Shown: positions 10,640-22,770 of the stretch, piece by piece
How the letters are laid out: each line of letters begins with the position of its first letter
Position numbering within the stretch: the first letter of the stretch is position 1
Origin: Octopus sinensis
Lineage: Eukaryota
Direction of reading: 5' to 3'
Assembly: GCF_006345805.1 (NCBI RefSeq)
Contig: NC_043014.1
Coordinates: forward strand, 25,482,001 to 25,546,000
Length of the DNA: 64,000 bases
The notes under the pieces: model-generated
Databases searched by the model: none
What the model was told of the DNA's origin: nothing
Seen by the model: the letters and a program-made list of their open reading frames with translations, nothing else
Made by a program: the position numbers and the translations under genes

Positions 10640-11690
10640 CCATCTTGATCCAAATTACTTAAATAATCGTCTTCCCATCATTGTAGAGGCCTTCTAAGTA
10701 GCCTTTTCTTATCTCTTGGATACCACTTGGCAACTGAACAGGTCCACCTGTTGTCTGTGAGCCTTGAGATATTTCTGGCCCAGTGAACTTGTGCTTTCAG
10801 TATTCTGCAATCACAACATCCACTCTGCTCCATTTTCAAATATGATCTCATAATGATATTCTTAACATGGATCTTTCTATGGCTCTTTGTGTCATAACCT
10901 ATCAATGTTCTATCCTTTTTGTAGTAGCCCACATCTCACTTGCATAGGAATGTTACTGAAAAGTCTGGTATGCACAGTATTGTCTCTAGCTTTATTTATA
11001 TTAAATACCTTCCATCCTGCCCTTATTCTCTTTGAGATTTCAGCATCCCTATCTCAGTACGTATTCACTGTACACCCTAAATAGATGTACTTCTTTACTT
11101 CCTTGATTTCATTGCTTCTCACCTCTATTTAGCCTTGTGCTATGTCTTCCGACTACATATATTTTGTTTCCATTTGGTTCACTTTAAGACCAACTGCTAA
11201 GCTCTGAGTAACCATCTCTGTCAGCATAGTCAGCAGCTGGTCTGTATTTTCAGTGATGAGTATAATGTCATCTGCAAATCAAAAGTGTATTAGTTACTCA
11301 CCATTGATGTTCATGTCGCCTGTCCAGTCAATGTCTTTGATGACCATTTCTAAACATGTGGTAAAGAGCCCTATTGGGACCCTTACTGGTGGTGATAGCA
11401 AAGCTGTATCTGTTGTGCATCCAGAGTTTGCATCCCTGAGCAGTTTGATGTATTGCACCTTAACACCTTGCATTTGCAGAGATTTCAGCACTATGTTCAT
11501 TTCAAAACCATTGAAGGCCTTTTTGTAATAAACAGAAATGATACACAGAAGCTTATATTCATTTGCTCATTCTATGAACTGTGTTAGAGTGAATATAAGA
11601 TCTATCATATTGTAGTTCTTATAGAAACCTGCAGTGTTTCGATAGTCTGGTGACTATGACCTTTGTAAACAGCATATAGAGGCGTGACAA
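10640..11690 (-). mobile_element. Degenerate RTE-1-like non-LTR retrotransposon fragment (RT and C-terminus)
   Basis: ORF 11294-11500 (LQMQGVKVQYIKLL...LFTTCLEMVIKDIDWTGDMNINGE) continues into a broken ADDII motif. ORF 10678-10932 (WARNISRLTDNRWTCSVAKWYPRDKKR) matches the RTE C-terminal WAGH...RWT...W.PR..KR pattern. Confidence 0.8.
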
Positions 11691-11759
11691 GAGTCATATG
11701 GGGTAATAATTTTTTAAAATCTTCTTTATCACCCTTTTTATAATGCAGGATGGTATTTG

Positions 11760-13075
11760 ACTCTCTTCACAGTGAGGGTATTTTACCCTCCTTCAGATAG
11801 TTGTTGTTGTGTAAAGCTGGAACAATGCAAACTACAAAATGAAAATAAAATAAAACAAAGCTACAGTTTTATCTTGTATTTCTATATTTCAGGATGAAGA
11901 CCCCCTTCTTCAGGACATTCGGAAAAGCAGTGGTTGGAAAAAGTTTGTTGTTTAGTTGTGTGTGTGTGTGTGTAGGAGGAAGGGGGCAGGGCAGGAAGGT
12001 GATGTGTGGACTGTTGTTTCTATAGCAACAGTCTGCTTTGTGTAGTTCCTTCCTATTGTTAATGGCTAGTTTCATTTATAAGGAGAGCTTCCATAATTCT
12101 GAGACTGGCCCTGTTGCCTTGGATTACCTTGATGCAAACTTTGAAATTCCAGGTTTGGCACTTCTTAAGGTGTTTCTTTATCGAAGTGTCTGTCTGCATA
12201 TGCTCCTTTATACAGATGTGTAGTTTCCTAGTGGTACTTCCTATATAGGATGCTCTACATTTATTGCAGACTACCTCATATACTACATAGGCCCGTGAGC
12301 ACCCCACGGTGCACTCTGTGGTATTTTTCCTTGACAGGACTTTTCTCAAGGATGGACTGGTATGTACCAACTGTATGTTAAGTCCCTCCCCGCAAATGGC
12401 ATGCTGGATAGCTGCTGTTGTTCTGTCCTCAAAGTAGGGCAGTCTAAGGAAGCACTTTACTAACCTGATGTTAAGGGCTTTCTTGTGTTGTTTACCTGCT
12501 TTCATGCTTTGCAGATGCAGTTGTTTGGCGCCTGATGGCGGATAACCATTGTGTGCTAAGTTCCTGAGGAACCGCATGGTGTTGGTGGCTTTGTCAGTTA
12601 CTTCATTGCAGCTGTCTCTTATGCATGTTATCTCATTCTGTATGTATGCAGCTTTGGATCTGGTGGGCAGGCCTGATTTGTAATGTGCATACAGATACCT
12701 ACTGGCCACTTTTTTTTTTAATAAAAATTCATCTAGATGTAACCCTCCTCTGTGATCCTGATTTGAAAATCCAGCAGAGAGAGGGTTCTGGACACATGTG
12801 GGTGTTCTATCTCTAACTTTATGTGATTGTCGATGTTGAATTTTTTATGTATGGTGATTGCTTCTTCCTGGGAAGGGGCAAGCGTCAGGATGTCATTGAC
12901 GTACCTAGAGAAGAAGACACATGAGTGGCAGGTGTTAAGCACTGTGTGTTTGAGCTGGTCCATGTACAAGATAGCCAGCAGGCCTGAGAAGCTGGATCTG
13001 TTTAAATATCTCATCATTGAATTGGAAGTAGGTGTTCCCTACTATTTTGACAAGTAGTTCATAGATATCCGAGGG
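11760..13075 (-). mobile_element. Penelope-like element (RT, thumb, GIY-YIG endonuclease), degenerate, 5'-truncated
   Basis: ORF 12733-13017 has the RT core LAILYMD...FSRYVNDIL...LSLLDFQI. ORF 12059-12709 has the thumb (YLYAHYKSGLP...NGYP) and a GIY-YIG-like VVYEVVCNKCRASYIGSTTRKLHICIKEH. Confidence 0.88.
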
Positions 13076-13894
13076 TGTAAGGCCAGATAGGTGAAGGTTG
13101 GTGAAAGAGGAAGGGGAAGAAGAGAAAGGAGAAATGGAGGCAGAAGGAGAGGAGGAGGAAAGGAAGAAATGGGGGAGATAAGGGGGGATGAGAGAAGAGT
13201 TGTGATGCGATCAACAATGATATCGAGCAGGCATGGATGAATAGAAGGAGACAATGGAGATGGTGCCTCCCTCTATACTTCTGTGCCCACTCTTCTTAAA
13301 TGTAACTGATTTATTCAGCCTGCAACAACCTGGGAAACTGCATTTCTTGTTTTCCAGTTGTCAATTTTAAATTTAAGTTTGAGTTAAACATACCATAATG
13401 CCTGTGCACAGAAACATTTCTACTAAGTCTCAAGTCTACAATATTTACGAATTTTATTTAGTGCTTAATTATCTTTAATCTCGTCTAAGTGAAACTGAAC
13501 CAACTTCCTGTTTCAATGTTAAAATGTGAAACTTGATAAAAAAATTAAGCTTAATGTGAAACTAATTTAAAACATTTTCAGTTTTTTGGTATTTATTTTT
13601 TTTAAGTATAAAGTATATATTATATGATATGTAGAAAAATAATAGAACAATTATTTATGTGCACCTGACCAATTTAAAATAAAAGAAAATAATATTGTAG
13701 CGAGTCATAAAAGACGGCAATATGACGTAATGGTCGTTTGCCCAAACAAGCATAACTGTTGGTATCCCATTGGTTAAAATTACTGCCCATTTTTGAATTC
13801 TAAATTTTCATCAAAGAGAATTCTTTCACGAAATACGGTTCTTAGAATTCAGGTATGTGCAGTTATAAAAACCCTGATTTTTGGGAAATTAATC

Positions 13895-14013
13895 AGTGTT
13901 TGTAGGATTGTTACTAAACTCCATGACACTCATAGTGTTTGTAGGATTGTTACTAAACTCCATGGCACTCATGATAGTGTTCGTAGGATTGTTACTAAAC
14001 TCCACAACACTCA
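13895..14013. repeat. Minisatellite, 3 copies of a 39-42 bp unit
   Basis: agtgtttgtaggattgttactaaactccatgacactcat starts at 13895, 13934 and 13976 with few changes. Confidence 0.9.
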
Positions 14014-14578
14014 CTCATTGAGATATTGGCTATTTTTTTATGCCATGTCAGTGATAAAAATCCAGCAAGACTTATGCGGATTGTTGTGAACTCTAGTAGT
14101 TAGTACGAAGGATTAGCTAGTGTGAATTTTAAGTCGTAATTCTCTATGACAAAATGACTTTACTTTCCAATTGTACTATAAATGCTAAATGTACATAAAT
14201 AAACTAATGTAGTAATTATTTTCTCTTTCTTCATGTTCTTCAACTTGATAATGAAATATATTTCTGTTAATAAAATTTTGCGTAATGAAACTGTCATCTA
14301 TTTTCTATTGAAAATTTATATATTTTTCACAACTGTCTATACTTTTATTATGTGGTAGTTTATCTACGGGATCACATCGGGAGGTCACCACTTTTTATAA
14401 CCACGTTTTGTTATCATATAATACTTATTGTTCCGCAGACTCCATTTTAAAATGAATGAAAATGATCTATATTAAAATGCTATATTAATGCTGTTTATGG
14501 AAAGTTAATTTAATTTCACTTTAGTTGAGAAAAAAGATAAATAGAGCCTTCAATTTCTTTATTATATAAGATCAAATA

Positions 14579-14790
14579 AGGAGGCAAGTTGGCAGAATTG
14601 TTAGCACACTGGATGAAATGCTTAGTGGTATTTTGCCTGTCACTCCATTCTGAGTTCAAATTCCGCTGAGATCAACTTTGCTTTTGGGGTCAATAAATTA
14701 AATAGCAATGAAACACTAGAGTTAATGTTATCAACTAGTCTCCTCCCCCAAATTTCAGGTCTTGTGCCGATAGTTGAAAGGATTATGTAA
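14579..14790 (+). mobile_element. tRNA-derived SINE (family 1)
   Basis: Head with A-box-like tggcagaattgttagc and B-box-like gagttcaaattcc, then a ggggtcaataaattaaa core; a related copy lies at ~60060-60285. Confidence 0.75.
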
Positions 14791-15078
14791 GATCATATAA
14801 AACTGAATATTGTAATATGATGTAAACAGCTTCTTAGCATGTATTCTGTAAAGTGAGAAGACATTCTGCCCTATAGTCATAATAAAAAAAATAAGATAGA
14901 GAATAAAAAAGGTATAACATGGGCAGCATTGTCCATAAAAAAAAGGTTGTGAAATACTTCCTTACAGAAGAAAATAAAGCTTTGTGCCTTAAATGTAGTG
15001 AAAGGATTGCTTTTATGAGACTAAGCATAGATCAAGTCCTTCAAAAATATTTGCTATTTGTTGGCTAAATGAGAATTA

Positions 15079-16372
15079 CGAGGGATGTCCAAAAAGTAAT
15101 GCCCCTGACCCACTTCCCATAGCAGTAGAGCAACAAAACATGGCACAGTTATTAGTCTTTTTCTACATAGGAACTACCCAGAGTTACGCATTTCTCCCAT
15201 CGTTTGATGCAGCTCTGGAGACCGTTTTTGTAGAAGACCGCAGCTTGGTCCTCCAACCACGACATGACTTCAGAAATCAAGGCTGCATCATCTGGGAAAC
15301 GCTTTCCTTTCAAAAACAACTTCATGGCTGGGAAGAGGTGAAAATCAGAGGGTGCAAGGTCAGGAGAGAAGGGGGGATGGGGGAGGAGTGCATAGCCGCA
15401 CGCCTGAGCTTCTGATCTGGCGACACGCGAGTTGTGGACCGGAGCGTTGTCCTGTAGGAGGAGGATGCCTTTGCTGATCTTGCCCCGCCTCTTGATTTTG
15501 ATAGCTTCTCTTAATTTCCTCAAAAGTGAAGCATAATAGGCTCCTGTAATTGTGGTACCCTTTGCCAGGAAATCTGTCATCACTACTCTGTCCTGGTCCC
15601 AGAAGACTGTGAGCATGACCTTGCCAGCGGAGGGCTGCACTCTTGCCTTCTTTGGAGGAGGTGAGTCACGGTGCTTCCACTGCATTGACTGGGCTTTGGT
15701 CTCTGGATCATAGTGATGGACCCAGGTTTCATCCTGTGTAATCAGTCTTTTGAAAAATTTTGACTCATCTTCTTGGCACATCTCCAAATTTCATCCTCGA
15801 GCACTCGACGCGTTCTTGCTTCTGGAAAGGTGTGAGCAACCTGGTAATCCATCTGGCAAATACCTTTTGCATATGCAAATGGTCATGAATGATAGTTTCC
15901 ACAGACCCAGTACTAATCTCGACCTCATGGGCTATTTGGTGAATAGTTATGCGTCGATCTTCCAAAATGGCAGCCTCAACTTGACGGACAGATGCCTCAT
16001 CAATGGCAGAAGCGGGGCGACCAGATCTGGGAGCTGTTTCCACAGAGTTCCGACCATGTTTGAATTCACGATGCCAGCGTTTTACAAGGTCATATGATGG
16101 GGCATCATCACCATAAGTTATTTTCATTTCATCAAAAGTCTCCCATGGTGTGCGTCCTTTCAAATACAAAAACCGGATCACTGCTCAACACTCAACAGGC
16201 TCCATTTCACACTTGACTCAGTTCAAACACCTGTAAATCAGAAACCACAATTAGTTCAGAGCTGTAATTTGCCACTTAATCTATAGAGATATAAATAATT
16301 GCACATGCAAAATTTCAGCTAGATCAAACAACTGCAAGTGGGTCAGGGGCATTACTTATTGAACGTCCCTCG
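15079..16372 (-). mobile_element. Full-length mariner (DD34D) DNA transposon, 1294 bp, 37-bp TIRs, TA target duplication
   Basis: Left TA|CGAGGGATGTCCAAAAAGTAATGCCCCTGACCCACTT; right end reverse complement TA|CGAGGGACGTTCAATAAGTAATGCCCCTGACCCACTT (3 mismatches). TA at 15077-15078 and 16373-16374. Confidence 0.96.
15152..16205 (-). pseudogene. Mariner transposase with one nonsense codon and one frameshift
   Basis: ATG at 16205 gives MEPVEC*AVIRFLYLKG (TGA at codon 7, likely from CGA). HTH domain in ORF 15765-16181, +1 frameshift near 15790. Catalytic ORF 15152-15787 has TQDETW, QDNAPVH and HPPFSPDLAPSD, with 34 residues between the second and third Asp. Confidence 0.93.
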
Positions 16373-17482
16373 TACCATGTACTGGTAGGAATCTTATCAA
16401 CGAATGCATGATGGAAGCAGTAGAGGAAATATGTCCAGTATAAAATAAGTTTGTTTCAGAATATCAGTCTTGCTGCAAATAATTTGTTCATAAAATATAA
16501 GATATTGAGCATAATATAATTTCTCAAGTGATTGACCAAAAGTTTTATGTTGTATTCTCTTGCACTTGATGGAACCTCTCAAGTGGTATTCAGTTATGAC
16601 ATCGTCAGATTATAATGCTGAATGGAAATACTTATAAGTGTAACAACCAATGGAGAAAGAAATGCATGTGCAGTAAAAGGTTTGGTAAGGTAAATTACAA
16701 AAGCTTGTGAAGTTAGTAGATGGTCAAAACCTATGTTTCTTCATCGTATTGTATATCAGCAAGCAATGTGCAGTAAATATTTGAATGTCTGATGCCATAA
16801 AACCTATTATGTCAGCTTATATTTCATTCAGTCTCCACAACTTACTCATCAACAGTCTTACAATTTTCTGTAGGATATTGATTTTGAGTTTCATAACTTG
16901 CCTAATCATACATCAGTTCAATAGCTTAGATTTAGAAATGTCCTATCAATATTTTTACCCTAAAATAAAAATGAAAAGCACTAGAAACCAAAAGTTTTTC
17001 CATACAAACCAAAGTTATTTCCAAATTTGGAGTAGGGTGGCCTAGGCTATTCCTGGGAAGTATGACTTATAATCGAAGTTATATCCTATGGATATACAGT
17101 ACTGCCACTTCTAAAATCAGAAAAATTCTGAATTTCAAAACATATCTGGTCCCAAATAAGTGATTGTGTACCTGTATTTCTAATGAGAGGAGAGTTGACC
17201 CAAATTACTAATATCAAACAGTAAATGGTAATGGAAATTAGCATTTTTTTATGGTACTGACAGATCATATGAATCAATTTACTCTGAAATTGTAAGGAGA
17301 AACAACTTGATCTGTGATTTTAAAGCATTCAAAGCTAAAAAGAGTAATTTTAATAATTGGTGCTACAAAAGTTGAAGCTTGATATTTTAGACATTTTGAA
17401 ATTAAAATATCAGTTTCACATTTTCATTCCATATCCTTCTTTCAGAAATATACTGAAAGTAGTTATTTTTATGAAAAGCATG

Positions 17483-17512
17483 AAAATAAAATAAAATAAA
17501 ATAAAATAAAAT
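17483..17512. repeat. (AAAAT)n microsatellite
   Basis: aaaataaaataaaataaaataaaataaaat read directly. Confidence 0.9.
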
Positions 17513-17962
17513 CAGACTCTAAGAGGAGGTATGTACCAGGACAATGGTTGAATAGTAAATTTGAGATGTTTGTGCTCTCAGAAAGGAAACAAAATTCTTC
17601 TACCATCATGGTACACATAGAAACTTATTTCATTTTGTGGTCTTGATTGGTTAGTTCAAGCTAAGACACTGATTCATACAGCCACTGCCAGCCAGTGTTG
17701 CTGACTGACTCAGTCATTATAAGTCTGAGTTGCTGATTAACTAAAACAACGAATACTATTCAAACTCATTGATATTCGTTAACGCAACATGAAAAAGTAT
17801 ATTATTAGGATACGCTTATCAACAAAAAGGGCAGATCAAACCTGGTACATTATTAGGATACACTTATCAACAATTTATTTATTTGGGAAAGTACTGAAAG
17901 TTCTAGATAAATGAACAATGTAACATACATACATACATACTTACACACATACACACACACAT

Positions 17963-18600
17963 CCATCATCATCATTTAACGTCTGCTTTTTATGCTGGCA
18001 TGGGTTGGACAGTTTGATGGGATCTGGTGAACCAGGAAGCTGTCCAGACTCTAAATTGTCTGTTATGGTAGGATTTTTACAGCTGGATGCCCTTCCTAAT
18101 GCCAACCACTTTACAGAGTGTGCTGGGTGTTTTTTACATTCCACTGGCACAAGTGTGCTTATGCAGCACCAACATGGGTGCATTTTATGTGGCACCTGTA
18201 AAGAACAAGCCTGTATGTATGGATGACAATGATTTTACTTGGCTTGACACATCTTCTCAAGTACAGCAAATTGCCACAACTTCCAGTCTCTTGTCATTGC
18301 CACAGTGAGGTCCAGTATCTGAAGATCCTTTTTCATTACTTCGTCCGACATCTTCCTGGGTTAACCCCTCTCACAGGTTGCCTCCACAATTGGAGCTTGC
18401 CACTTCTTTATGCATCTGTCTCCATGCATACACATCATGTGGCCAAACCAATGCAGTCTTCTCTCTTGCACACAACATCTGATACCAGTTTTCTTCTTAA
18501 AAGCAATCACTCTGTCATGTGTGCACACTGACATTACTAAACCAGTGGAGTATGCTAGCTTTATTTCTTTATATATATGGGTAGTCAACAAAATCAAAAA
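17963..18600 (-). mobile_element. 5'-truncated RTE LINE 3' end
   Basis: ORF 18361-18603 contains RRLHWFGHMMCMHGDRCIKK (RTE C-terminus); 3' UTR with tacagctggatgcccttcctaatgccaacc and a (GAT)n tail at ~17965. Confidence 0.8.
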
Positions 18601-18688
18601 CAATGTGGATGTGCAACATTAAAAATATAAAATGGCAACAATTTATCCATTGCACCTGTATATCTATGTGCATATATATATATACATA

Positions 18689-18749
18689 TAATAATAATAA
18701 TAATAATAATAACAATAATAATAATAACAATAATAATAATAATAACAAT
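18689..18749. repeat. (AAT)/(AAC) microsatellite
   Basis: aataataataataataataacaataata... read directly. Confidence 0.9.
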
Positions 18750-19649
18750 TATTACAAGGTAGCATTAGCATTACCTTTAACTCATTTTTATATATAAATA
18801 CAGCCTCAACTAGACCTACACCTGTTTCTACTACATCAATTAGTAATTGTTGCAATTACAACCTTACTATAATATCTGTGAAGTTTCTTCAGGGTTTTCA
18901 CTTTAATAGTCTTTGACATTTAACTGGTTAAAATTTAATGTTGATTTTCATTGTGTTCTATGATGTGGATTTGTACATTAATTTAGATGCGAACTACATT
19001 CAATTCTGAGAATTGATTGAATGATCACTCATTTATTCCTCATAGTTTTTTTTCAAAAATTTTGCCATTTAAATGTTTATAACTCATTTATATTGAGAAA
19101 AGGTGAATTTTCTCATATGCGAGAATCTTAAAGTTTGTTCATATCTAGAATTTATTATATTACCCTCAGACATAAAAATTTGGTACAATTCTTCTATACA
19201 TAAGTGACATCTATTAGTTCCTGATCTGTATGGTTTTGCAGCACTAATTAATTCCTAATCAATATTATAGTTTTTGTTTCTGCCTTTAATATACCAGATA
19301 AACCTACTTAGACTTGTTTGCAACATTTTTGTTTTTATTTCTAAATGAATTTAAGTGATTAGCCAGTCCTTTTTTAAAAAATTAGTGCAGTTGCACTGAT
19401 GTCAAAGTATTCAGTTCTTTCAAAGGTAACTTTACATCTATATATTACATTTTTAGTTTTACATTTATTATCAACATAACAGGAGACCTGTATATGTGTG
19501 TGTGTATGTATGCATATATATTTATATAGACATCCAGGCACACATATATATGCATATATAGATATATGCATGTATACGCATATATACATATGCATATATA
19601 CGCATATATTTATATGTATATATACACATATATATATATGCATATATAT

Positions 19650-22600
19650 GCAGGTAGGGGAGCTCCGAAAGAGGTCTCGGGAAGTAGCATCCCTGCCTTC
19701 CCAAGCTAGTTTTCCACCACATTTCTTAAAAATCATGACCACTCATGTCTAGAAACTGAGGTATGCTCCCTGTAGGAAATGTCTAGAACCTGAGGTATGC
19801 TTCCTGTAGGAAATCCAGCTCCAAAAAAAACTCATGACAATAGCAAAGAAGCATGGGCACCAGCCAGCCCAAAGATTGGGGTGAGCTGCACCTGTCTACC
19901 TCAAAAGGAAAGTGCAAATCGTCATCTTGGGTCATGCAAGCATGACTTGCCTTATGATGGCTGATGACCTGAGAAGCTTGGAGTGAGGTTGGAAAGTTGG
20001 AATGTGGGAAGTCTGCATAGAAGGGGAACTGAAGTGTGTGGGGAATTGAGGTGGAGGATGGTGGATGTGTGCTGTGTGCAAGAGGCTAGGTGGAAAAGCC
20101 AGGGTGCAAGATTTGTAGGGGTCAAGAGAAGAAGGTACAAGTTGTGGGGGTTGGGAAATTGGCAAGGGGACTGGAAGAGTGGGAGTTTTAGTGAAGGAAG
20201 AACTCTGTGAGAATGTAGTGGAGGTCAGGAGAAAGAGTGATAGTGATGCCAGAAGTATTAGCATTTGAGGAAGAAGTGGTGAGGGTGATTTGTGAGGATG
20301 GTCCACAAAGTGGAAAGAGGGATCACTGAGAAAGAGCGGTTCTTTGATGAAATGGCAAGAGAGCGGGACTTACATAGGATAGATGATTTGGTTTTGGGCA
20401 TGGGTGATTTTAATAGAATTGTTGGGAAATGGATCCAAGGCTTTGAGGGTGTGCATGGGGGAAACGGAATTGGGGAGAGAAATATGGAAGAAAGGATGCT
20501 GTTGAAGTTTTGCGATGAGAAGGAGTTGTGTGTGGCGAACACATGGTTAAGGAAAACATAGAAAAGGAAGGTGACTTTCAGCGCAGGAAGGAATGAGACA
20601 GATTGATTTTGTATTGGTTGGCAGGAAAAACAGAAAATATCTGAGAGATGTGAAGACAATACCAGGGGAGTTGCAGTACAGGTTGGTGGTTGCTGACTTG
20701 GATAAGAAGAAAATTAAAAAGTGTGTGAGAAAGGTAACGGTTAAAGGCATGTGACAAAGCACGTGGAAGGACGAATGGTAGGAGAGATCGAGGAGATACG
20801 TGGTGGTGGAACAAGGAGGTGAGGGATGCGATAGCAAAGAAAAAGGCACACAAAGTTTTATGTGATAATAGGACTGAGCAAATAAAAGCCTGGTATATTA
20901 ACATGAGAAATTGTACAAAGAGGGTGGTTGCGAGATCTATAAAGAAGAAAGCTGAGAAGTTGAGCAGGCTGAGTGAGAACCCAGATAGAGTGTTTAGGTT
21001 TATTAAATCAATGAAAAATAATGGAAGAGATGTTGAGGGAGGAAGATGCATGAGGGAGAGTGATTGAAAGTTGAATCTTAGTGAGAAGGACAGAGGAAGA
21101 GTTTGGAAGGAGCGTATGGAGGGAATGATAAATGAGAGAATGAATGGGATCAGATGGTGGAAGCTGCTGTGGTGAAGGAGCCAGTGGAGAGGGTTAGTCA
21201 GGAAGAAGTAGTGGAGGCAATGAAGGAAATGAAAACAAGAAAAGTAGCTGGTCCATCAGAAGTAAGTATAGAAATGATAACTGCAAGTAGAAAGATAGGG
21301 ATTGTTGTGCTGATGGAGTTCTGCCAGTGTGTGTTGGATGGAGGAGGAATGCCAGATGATTGGGCACTAAGTGTGGTGGTACTGATCTTCAAGGGAAAGT
21401 TACTGGAGCATGCAATGACGAAAAGGGTGTTGAAGAGAATTTGGAAAACAGTGGATATGGACGAGATACAATTTGGTTTTATGCCAGGAAAGGGGACAAT
21501 AGATGCAGTGTTTATTGTAAGGAGAGTGCAAGAGAAATACCAAGATAAGGAGAAAGAGTTGTACATGTGCTTTGTTGATCTGGAGAAGGCATTTGATAGG
21601 GTTTCAAGGAAGGTGATTGAGTGGGCATTAAGGAAGGTGTACTAGAGGTAATAGTGAGGGCAATGATGAGTTTGTATGAAAGGGTAAAGACAAGAGTTAG
21701 AGTTGGATCTGAGCTGTCGGAGGAGTTTGTGATGAAAGTTGGCATGCATCAGGGATCTGGGTTGTCACTGTTGTTGTTTGAAATACTGGTTGATGTGATG
21801 ACACGGAGTGCAAAAGAGGGATTGATAATAGAGATACTGTATGCAGATGACCGTGTTCTGATGAGTAAAATGATGGAGGTATTGAGGGAGAAGTTTTGGA
21901 AATGGAAGGAGGTGTTTGAAGCTAAGGGGGTGAAAGGAGAAGTATTAGTAAGATAGAGCCATGTTGTGTGTGTGGGAGGAGGGTAATGGCAAATGCGGTG
22001 TTGTGTATGAAATGGATTCATGGTAGATGTACGAAAATGAAGAAGGTGACCCCAAGGATGGCAAGAGATTTTATTTGTGGAAGATGTGAGAAAGGAGCTG
22101 GAGAGCTGGCGGAACCAGTGGAAATGCCTTGTGACAAGGTGGAAATGGTGAGAGGGTTTTGTTATTTGGGAGATAGGGTTGATGTAAGTGGTGGATGTGA
22201 AGCAACTGTGACAGCGAGAGTGAGACTTGGCTGTGTGAAGGTCAAGGAATGTGGAGCATTATTATATGGGAAAAGGTTTTCCTTGAAGATGAAAGGAAGG
22301 GTTTATCAAAGTTGCATGAGATCTGCAATGCTGTATGCAAGTGAGACATGATGTCTGAGGGAAAGTGAAATGGCAATTTTGAGAAGGACTAAGAGAGCAA
22401 TAGTGAGAGCAGTATGTGGTGTGAAACTATTGGATAAAAGGAGGGCTGAGGACTTGATGGGGATGCTGGGGCTGGAGGAATTGGTGGAACAGCTGGCAAG
22501 GGCGAATGGAGTGCAGTGGCATGGACATGTAATGAGGAGGGATGAGGATCATGTTCTAAGGAGAGTGCTTGAGTTTAAAGCAAATGAACTGCAAAAGCGA

Positions 22601-22770
22601 GGTCAACCAAAGAAAACATGGAGGGGACAGGTGGAGGAGGAGATTGAGAGGGAGGATGCCCAAAACCAGGCAAGATGGTGAGATGGTGTGAGAGCAGTTG
22701 CTGTAAGAGTGGGGTAGATCCAGCCACCCTACTTTAATGGGGACAAACCCGGTTTTAAAATATTGGAATT
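19650..22770 (+). mobile_element. Near full-length degenerate RTE (BovB-like clade) LINE: APE endonuclease plus RT
   Basis: Consecutive broken ORFs: SWNVGSL...VDVCCVQEARW (APE I-II), MGDFN...CVANTW, QFGFMPGKGTIDAVF...FVDLEKAFDRV, HQGSGLS...LYADD, FICGRC, FCYLGD, WHGHVMRR. Many frameshifts and stops. A ~36-bp tandem duplication sits in the 5' UTR at ~19745-19814. Confidence 0.93.

Noticed and set aside
13258-13290. Plus-strand DGASLYTSVP resembling a PLE RT motif
   Set aside because: Only 10 codons, opposite to the adjacent PLE and with no supporting flanks; could be chance or a tiny inverted remnant.
13895-14013. CRISPR-like appearance of a repeated ~28-bp core
   Set aside because: The intervening 11-14 bp are near-identical rather than unique spacers, there are no cas genes, and the context is eukaryotic.
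14579-14670. SINE heads as tRNA genes (also ~30500-30594, ~42060-42133, ~53555, ~56350)
   Set aside because: Degenerate A/B boxes continue directly into SINE bodies and show no intact cloverleaf.
19650-19990. HDV-like ribozyme in the RTE 5' UTR
   Set aside because: Known for some RTEs, but I could not build the nested double pseudoknot by eye; it needs a descriptor search.
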